Shown here piece after piece: positions 55,726 to 64,000 of a stretch of DNA of 64,000 bases. Position 1 is the stretch's first letter, and each line of letters begins with the position of its first letter. The notes beneath the pieces were generated by a model. That model was not told the DNA's origin and did not search any database. It saw nothing but the letters and a program-made list of their open reading frames with translations. A program made the position numbers and the translations under genes. The stretch is from contig NC_134028.1 in NCBI RefSeq assembly GCF_964204645.1, positions 21,076,345 through 21,140,344 on the forward strand, in the 5' to 3' direction. The stretch comes from Tubulanus polymorphus. Taxonomy: Eukaryota > Animalia > Nemertea.

Positions 55726-55873
55726 CGACTAAACCGGATGATGCGAGCACCGGCGTCGTCGTCGCACCTCTCCAGCCGTCCAGTCCGAAAACTAAACTAC
55801 GCACGGAGATTTTGAAGAAAATGTCTGAGAATCAATCGGACAATAGCGACGATGATTTCGAGATCGTCCCGCG
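55726..55873 (+). pseudogene. 148-bp copy of part of ATAD5 exon 51013-51597 (source 51200-51347)
   Basis: Direct comparison shows identity except 3 substitutions; no flanking splice sites; embedded in repeat-like intergenic sequence. Confidence 0.9.
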
Positions 55874-57317
55874 TCCCGAAATTTTTCGCGCGGTTGATAC
55901 CTTCTGCCATCTGATATTCGCTGGTTCTGTTAGAGATAGTCGAGTTTATCAACAACTGCAAGAAATCCACCTAAATCCATATCAGTGGAAGCGTGGGAGT
56001 AACCAGGTTTTCTTCTTAAAAAACTGCGGTGATTCTATCTAGGCGACTATCAAAAGGTGGTATTTTCTATATCATTTGTGTATGAGTTAGAATAATTTAG
56101 CTGAGTTTTAAACAACAGACAGTAGATCAAACTCAAATTAATTTTTCAAGTTTCCAGTTTCTAGGCGCCATTATGTGACGGTCCTGGTTTGCGATAATTT
56201 TCACTTTTTTGAACCATAAGTTTAGATTGATTTTCAATTAGCTGCGCAGTCCCTTGCTTGATAATCTTCATTTATACACCATTTTAAAAGAAAAGAAATG
56301 TAGGAAATGAAATGTAGACTTTCGTTGGTGAATCTTGGTTTTTTCAAACACAACAATTGATAGTAGTGACAATGTGAAACCAAATGCACCATATTTTAAC
56401 ACTGCGTCAAAAAGAATCTCAATTTCAATTCGATTTTTTTCAATATCTAAGTATATGTGTAAAGCTGTTTCTCATTTTTAGAGGTTAAAGACTGTTAATT
56501 GTAGTTTGGGTCGGCGTTCAAATGTTTTGAATTCAGAGGGGTCTCCCACGTACTGCGCATCGCAATTTCACTGAACATTGATATTTGCGAAAACAAATCT
56601 CTGAAATGTCATAATGCCATTGAATTTCTTCACATTTTCTATGGAGAGATTCTAGCTTATCTCGGAATTTACCAATAATCCCTTAATGTGAAATTAAACT
56701 AGTGATGTCCAGCTCAGAGACTCGAAATTTACACAAACACTTGTGAAATTAAAAGGGCCATGATCTCTGTTCAGAAACACGGAATTTACCTAAATCACTT
56801 GGGAAATGCGATGATTTCAGCTCCAGAAATGTAACTGTGTGGCATCGCTCTCTTGTATCTGTCAATTTCATGTGTTGTAGAATGACCCAGAGGTCTATGA
56901 CTATGTTGCGCCAGTGGGATATTCATTGTTCGTGCCTTTTCCGCTATCTCTTGAATCGATGTTGTTAGTTTTTGCGAATTTGATTACACCTGTTTTACTA
57001 CAACATTATGAGTTTTCCGGGACGTGCCTGGCCCGCATCTCTACTTATTCCATTGAATAAACTTTGAATTGAAATTGTAAGCAGCCGTGGCACGCGAGTA
57101 CCAGCCCACACACGTCATAAGAAAGCCGGCCGCTGATTGGTCCGTAATGACACACCTCCGTCACTACCGCTAGATGGCTCAGTGTCAAGGCCGTCGATCA
57201 GCTGGAAAATTTTGTTTCGTGTAAGACTAGCCCCTCTTTTAAACTTATATTTCTGAATTGTGAGCGGTTTTAAGGCTGTAGTTGTTGTCGGTGAACATAT
57301 AGAGAAACTGAAACACA

Positions 57318-60300
57318 ATGTTGCGGTCATTTGCGTCGGATTTGTGCCGAAATTACTCCAGATTGGCGCGATCAAATCAGGGAGTCCTTTCCAGTTTGGC
57401 AGGATCGACAAATATTCGGGCCTATTCGACTGATAGCGATGCGGATGAATCGTGCGAACGAGAACCGAGTTTCTTCGAGATGGTCGAGGTTTTCTTCGAC
57501 AAAGCAGCGGCGATTATCGAAGACAAACTGGTCGAAGAGATGAAGGGTAAGATGAGCGTTGAAGAGAAACGTAAACGAGTCCGCGGTATCCTGCGAATCA
57601 TCAAACCGTGCAATCACGTCGTCGAATTAAAGTTCCCGATTAAGAGAGATAATGGTGAATATGAGGTGATTCATGCGTGGAGAGCTCAGCACAGTCAACA
57701 TAGAACTCCGTGTAAAGGAGGTAAGAGAGATTACAATCGTAACCTGAACAGCTTCATTCCTAACCCATTCAGTTTCAGCGTGGCTTCACTGCGGTGCAGT
57801 GTATTATAAATTGGTGATGTACATTGTTACTAATGTCTATTCCAACTTGACTTGAGAGCACGTCAGAACATGGCATAGCTCAGTCATTTTGTCGGGACAT
57901 ACCTGATAAAAAAGTATTGTTGGTACTTATGGTACCAGAAAGGACTGGCAATTTGGAGACCTAAAACATCGGTTTTTTAATAGTCCTTTTTTAATCCATT
58001 TTATTTACTGTAGGCCCTATTGAAGGATCGCAAAAAAGTCTTCATTGAAAAAGGGGTTGAAAAGAGAGAAGTTACTCCATGATTTGATAGTTTAACAATA
58101 TATTTCCATGCCTACGTACCAAACATCATTAGTACACCGCATTGTGGTGTATTGTTGTAATTAGTAATTAGTTTTATCTCAATTAAAAGATGACAGCACC
58201 TGTCAAACATAGTGGAATAGTATCTAACTTTTTAAAATTTTTCAAATTATCTCCAGCACTTTTGGGTATTGATAAGTCAGCACTGAGGGGCAAAACGCCA
58301 ATGAATATTTTGGCGATAGGCCTACTTCGTTCTGATTGGTTGATTCATATCGTGCATATTAAGGTCGTTACTTTGAACTGAGTTTAAAAGAAAATAGAGC
58401 ATAAAAATCAGTCTCCGAAAATGGATTGATAGCGCAGCGTCTTCCTATAGACCATTGGCTTTATGAAAAATGACAACAAATCTTTGAACTAGGCCTACTA
58501 GGACTATAAGGCTTTAGCGCTAAAATGTGAGGTTTGGTTGTTATGTGCTTGAAGTCCCTGCTGTGATTAAGTGGTTGATAGCCATTAAGCCTACTAGAAA
58601 TTACTTGACCTTCTAATCACTTACTGGCACAATCATTTAGCCTACAACGCTTCTCTGTACTCTGTACTATATTTAGCTTCTCTGTACTCTGGTAATACTG
58701 TTGTGGAAATGTTAATCAAAGTCTTGTTACTGGAAATATCCAGGGCCCGGTATTGTTAGGAATAAACTACATATAGGCCTAGTGAAATATTGTGTCACGG
58801 AAACAAATATACCGTTCTATCGTCCATTGTCATATATGCTCCACACCTTTCTGCCTAGGCTATAGTTTAACTGTCCTAAGGGCTCTGTAAGATAGAGATT
58901 TTCCTGTTGAGAGTCTTGCAGATTTGACGCTACGTGCTCTGGATACAGAGTCGGTATGATACCGCCTAGAGAAGGCTGATCACGGATTAGTTAGGCTATA
59001 ATTGCCCTGTAGCAATACCGGTATATTGTAAGGATAGGGTGTAGTCTACTATTAGGCTATTGTATTGCACTATCCATAGTTTGGTTTGAAATCTACATGC
59101 TTTTAAGTCTTGAAGAAGAGCTGATTTCCCTGCTTTTTGAAACCTTTATAAAACTTCGCTCGAAATTGGTTGAAGTCAGCGCGAGTTGATAGTTGAAATA
59201 GTGACAATTTAAACTGCATTTACCATTCTAATTTTCTGATAAAATCAACCATTTGTGTGACTTAACTGGTCCCAGATGGTCTAGAGCCACTGTAGTTGGT
59301 CTGTAGCGACAGTGTTATGGCTATCTAATAGACAGGCAACATCAGTCGATCACAGGACGTGGCATTCAAAATAAATAACAATTAACCATAAGGCCTCCCT
59401 CCATAAAGGCTCAAATTCCATATGAAATATAAGTGTTATGGAAAGACCACAATGAAGGCCTACAACTTTTGAGTAATAAGAATTTCAAAATCTCACTGAA
59501 ATTAGAGGATAAAAAAATTCATAATACCATTAACATTTGAGCTAAACTCAACTACTGTTGATGAAATAGTAAGCTCCATCCTCCATGCAGGTTTAGTAAA
59601 ACCAGCCTCAGACGTTTTGATATTGATAAACCATAGGCCTATGCCTAGTCTATGGAAAAGTAGGATTTAGTATCATATAGACACGAAAATATAGACGTAT
59701 CTAGAAGATGAAAACTGTATGCAGTTATTGCAATATTTAGTAGCAATAGGAACTGCAACACAGCATGAAGGAATTACTAGCTTCGGGATCCAGTTCCACA
59801 GTCTTGAGTTAGAGTAAGTTAGAATTAGTTCATTTTCAATGAGTAACTCAGGAGTCAAATCTCACGCCTGGGGAACTGGGTCCTGCAAAGTAAATAAAAA
59901 TGTACTTAGATAAGTACAAAGCGGACTCGTTGAGAAGAGAAAAAAATCTCAAAAGACAAACGTCCTTGAAAGTCAAAGAATGAGACTGGTCACGGAGACT
60001 ATGAACCCTGTTAACCCTTCCAGTGCGTCTACACCACAGTGCGGTGTATAAATCAGTGGTGGATTTTGCTAGTACAACGCAATGCGCTGTATTGATGTAA
60101 TTAGTAATTAGTACTTATCTCTCTTGAAAAATGGCAGCATCTGTCAAACATAGTGAAATACTAGCGTCATTGACGATACACCGCGCTGTGGTGTATACGT
60201 ACTATAGTGGTATTCCCGTTATTCAGCACACTAGGGTGGAATTTTTGACAATTTTGAAATTATCTCCAGCACTATAGGGTATTAATTAGTCGGCACTGGA

Positions 60301-61074
60301 AGGGTTAAGCTCAAACTGTTAGTAGGCCTAATTGATATTTGTAGGTATCAGATACAGTGAGATGGTAAATAAAGACGAAGTGATGGCTTTAGCGGCTTTA
60401 ATGACGTATAAATGCGCCGTGGTCGACGTGCCGTTCGGCGGAGCGAAAGCCGGCGTTAAAATCAGTCCGAAGGAATATTCGGCGAACGAACTGGAGAAAA
60501 TCACTCGTCGACTGACGGTAGAACTCGCTAAGAAAGGATTCATCGGTAAGTGCGCATCCATAGTCGCGGTCACGATCAAAACAGCCGGCCCGGACCCGAG
60601 TCACCTTGAGTCTTCATTTCACGTTCCGACGCATAAATCGCTCACTTAATAGTAAAAAAATGATTGAAAAACGATGCCGTGGCAAGTGATGTGAGTCACT
60701 GCCTCGCCAGAACCAGTTCAGGGATGTTGGAAGCATTTTTTAAATTTCCGCAGCCAATTACAGATTTTTTACTGGTTCTCATATGTTGCCTCGGTGAATT
60801 TACTTACTTACTCGGTAAATGACCGCTGCGCTTCAAAGCCCCGTAGCATATACGCTTGATAATTCGTCCTTGTCTGGGCCGAAGTACGCCGGTGTCAACC
60901 GGGCAGGGACCCAGTGGCACCATTGCGAACGACTGACTTGTGAAATGATTCGTGTAGCTGTATTGTTGTTATCGTGTATGATTTCAGGACCCGGTGTTGA
61001 TGTACCCGCGCCTGATATGGGCACGGGAGAACGAGAAATGAGTTGGATCGCCGATACATATTCGCAAACTCTCG
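57318..61074 (+). CDS. GLUD1: Glutamate dehydrogenase, mitochondrial, 5' part; exons 57318-57720, 60345-60545, 60988-61074; continues beyond the window
   Basis: Arg/Ser-rich mitochondrial presequence, then [28 protein letters not shown]|GIRYS...[29 protein letters not shown]...KKGFI|[25 protein letters not shown]. Phase-1 GT-AG introns; inverted CCAAT (GATTGG) at about 57135-57140. Confidence 0.97.
57764..58290. mobile_element. Degenerate, interrupted copy D of the piggyBac-like MITE
   Basis: Left part 57764-57819 and right part about 58129-58290 match consecutive segments of copies A and C, separated by about 310 bp of unrelated sequence. Confidence 0.65.
60015..60304. mobile_element. piggyBac-like MITE, copy C, in GLUD intron 1
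   Basis: TTAA|CCCTTCCAGTGC...GCACTGGAAGGG|TTAA. Confidence 0.85.
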
Positions 61075-62758
61075 GTAAGCGCCGTTTCGAAATATCTTCG
61101 TCTTCACTACTCTTTCCGTTTACCTTCAGACCTTGTTCGCGTTTTTTTTCTCTCTAATTTATGAATATCTCTGAGCGGTTTTAGTGACCTATGACTGTCT
61201 GTTATATTATTGCAGCGTTGCCTCACATGCAGGACATGATACAACCACATTTTCATTATCGCGGTATAATTTTCCCCAGCACCCCTTTCACGCAGCGGCA
61301 GAGAAAGCCTATGTTCTAAAAACGTTACGCAGTTATATGTTCTATTTTTACCCCTGCAAAGCTTCATTGACATTTTGGCTTTAACAGCACGCCCTGCGGA
61401 GAATATTCGACTTCTCGCCTATTGCAAATCTCGTTTCAAAAAGCAATATTCGAAGCATTTTTGAGTTTAACTGTTTAACTTAAATAACTTAAATATAGGC
61501 TATATGTACATAAATGTATCCACTATAAACCTAGTATAAATCACTTGATTAGAATCACTTAGGTTAGGGCTGGATCCAGGCTCAAGATCTCGGGGACTGA
61601 CCTAATTGTTTAAGGGTTTAGGATAGGGTATTCCGGCAGCATTGGCCTTTTGACAGGAAAATTATGCGTATCCAGAATTGTACACCTTTGTTTTACAGAA
61701 TTCAGATTCATTTTGACATTACTCTGCCCTTATTGGAACAAAAACGCTGTCAAATATATTGAGGGTATGACTAGTATCATAAGGATCCGCCCTAACTTTA
61801 TTTATATGTTCAGATAAGAATTTATGGTTATGCGGAATTATAGGCCTAGCTCTAATGAGAATGTGTTAGTTGTATTATTGTCCTGGATAAATGTGTATTG
61901 AGCATAATATGTGTATATTCACCGCATATGTATCGAACCTACACAGATTTCGAGTGTAGAAATCTCCTTGCGTGTGTGTGCGTTGACAATGTAAAGTCTT
62001 AAAGCAACCTTCTGTCAGTTCAGGTTCAATCATTAGAACACGTTTGCTGTACACTTCAGTACTTAATCAACTCGCCAAAGGTTATAACAGGTCAGAGATA
62101 GTAAATGATTATTATCGGAGGAGCACTTGAGAAAATTTCGGCCGCCATTACGTCCATTAATCGGATGAATATTTTACACCTCGCACTGTACCTATCGGAT
62201 ATATCCTAATTACCCGACCTTCCCAAATATGTCAATACCTCTAACCGGTTAACCATTAACAATATTCTTCACAGGAATATATATATTGAAAACTATTTTA
62301 TATGCCTCAATTAAAGATTTGATTTTGTCCAATGTTTTGATTAATGAACTAACAACGATATAAGCGGTCATCCATCTGTAGTTAACGTCTCCTCAAGCCG
62401 GACGAGATTGACTATTTCTCCATTTAAAGCCTTGCGCATCATTTCGCAGCATGAAATAAACATGGAACAGAAATGTTCTTTAAACGCTTGTTTGATTTAG
62501 CGCGGTGCTCCAAAACAAGAAACTTTGCATCATACGTTTCTTGTTTCGCTGTGAAAAAACAGGTGAATCTACGTCTACCGGTAAGATAGAAAAATGCGTT
62601 ACACCGCAAAAATCTGTTTCTTGTTTTGCGGTTTTTATGCTGTGTGCCCTAGGCTTAATTGTAAAGGTGATGTAAATGGGACGGGCAAAGAAATGTAACG
62701 CAAATTTTGTGCATTTCAACGGATTAGATGGATGGCCCTAAATGTATTGTTATACCAC

Positions 62759-62759
<1 letters not shown>

Positions 62760-62789
<30 letters not shown>
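62760..62789. repeat. (TA)n microsatellite
   Basis: About 15 TA units. Confidence 0.95.
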
Positions 62790-62791
<2 letters not shown>

Positions 62792-64000
62792 GTTAATTAT
62801 GTAATGATCATTTGCTATTTCTGATGTTTAGGAGCTTCTCAAGGAGGTAATCTTATCGTTACGTTCTATATTTTATTTCTATATATATTACTCATTATAT
62901 ACTAAACTGAAAAATCAAAACAAATCTATTTTGTGTTGAGATTGATTCTACTAATTCTACTGCTACACTCGTCAAGCTAAGCTTTAGTATGAAAATGACT
63001 TGGTTTTGAAGGCTATTGAACCGTTTTTGATGGTTCTTCTTCGGTGGCCTTTCCTAATCGTGAAATAAACCTTGGGCTATTAATGGTAACCTACTTAGCT
63101 TCTAGGGAATGTTGCGGGTATTTAGTGAGAGAATAAATCTCGAAATAGTAACAGGGAATGCTGCTCCTACGAGCCCAGCTAGTCAGCTAATGTCGCTCCA
63201 GTAGGGCAGGGTGACATTCTATTTCGCTCATTGTGCGCTTGTCCCCCGTTATCGCTCTACATGCACTTCAAATAACATACGTTTTTGGTTTTTAGCTATA
63301 ATAGGGTAGGTCCATGAATGAAACCTATCGCAAATTAGCTTATCTCCAATATTTCTCCGCTCTTCGCAAGGCCGACCTACGCCCGGCTTAACATACCGGG
63401 ATAACTTACGCGGCATAACGCCACTTTCTAATCTGGCTTGCTTTAAATCAAAGAGACCCAGTTCTTCTTAGACCGGTAAAAACTTCAATGAAACATTCGT
63501 CTTCCGGGTTATAAGACCGGGTTGTTTCATAACCCTGAAGTCCAAAGACGTTCACGTCAGGTGAGAAGCCAAATATACATACAGCAACACGTTAATAACG
63601 TGAAACAGTACTAGTTCAGCTGAACCATGTTCAACCACCTTCCACGTGTTTAATATTGTTTACTATTGTGTGAGATGGAGGAATCGTGACTATCGAGAAC
63701 TACCTTTCGCTGCCTATCCTATCTATAGCATATGCGTACATGATCGTTGAAGTTTAATACTTCAACGTACGATAGCAATAGCGTAACAGCCACCGATATA
63801 GAATAATATACAATGATAGTCGAACGTGCTCAATATTTCATTAACGACTTGGACAAATTCTCTGTCAGATCGGTTTGTTTGTTAGAATGTACATTTGTCG
63901 AGGAAATAGAACAATGGTTTTTTTTTATATACAAAAAAGAACAACTGTATACAGTTAGAGCCTAGGGGTAATACATATATACCGTATAGCCTAGTAGTAA

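Noticed and set aside
55662-56042. 126-aa ORF as an independent gene or ATAD5 paralog
   Set aside because: Only 148 bp is ATAD5-derived; the rest is repeat-like flank with no gene structure.

Overview
Intron-rich eukaryotic (invertebrate metazoan) genomic DNA; no prokaryotic features and no CRISPR array. Four protein-coding genes can be built by hand from GT-AG splice sites with consistent phases. (1) TNRC6/GW182, the miRNA-silencing scaffold, on the minus strand: GW-rich exons at 958-6562, a chain of small 5' exons up to about 12 kb and candidate alternative first exons out to about 35 kb; its 3' end lies left of the window. (2) RPS9/uS4 on the minus strand, complete (192 aa), with a TCT/5'TOP first exon. 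(3) ATAD5/ELG1 on the plus strand, complete (15 coding exons, about 1867 aa), head-to-head with RPS9. (4) The first three exons of mitochondrial glutamate dehydrogenase. Introns and intergenic DNA hold many MITEs, tRNA-derived SINE fragments and minisatellites. The most interesting signal is in RPS9 intron 3: three copies of one covarying internal-loop RNA hairpin inside a candidate stop-codon (poison) cassette exon, a plausible uS4 autoregulatory splicing switch. Also notable are a 148-bp copy of an ATAD5 exon fragment in intergenic DNA and a pre-miRNA-sized hairpin over a candidate GW182 start codon. All coordinates and counts were read by eye; no searches or folding programs were run.
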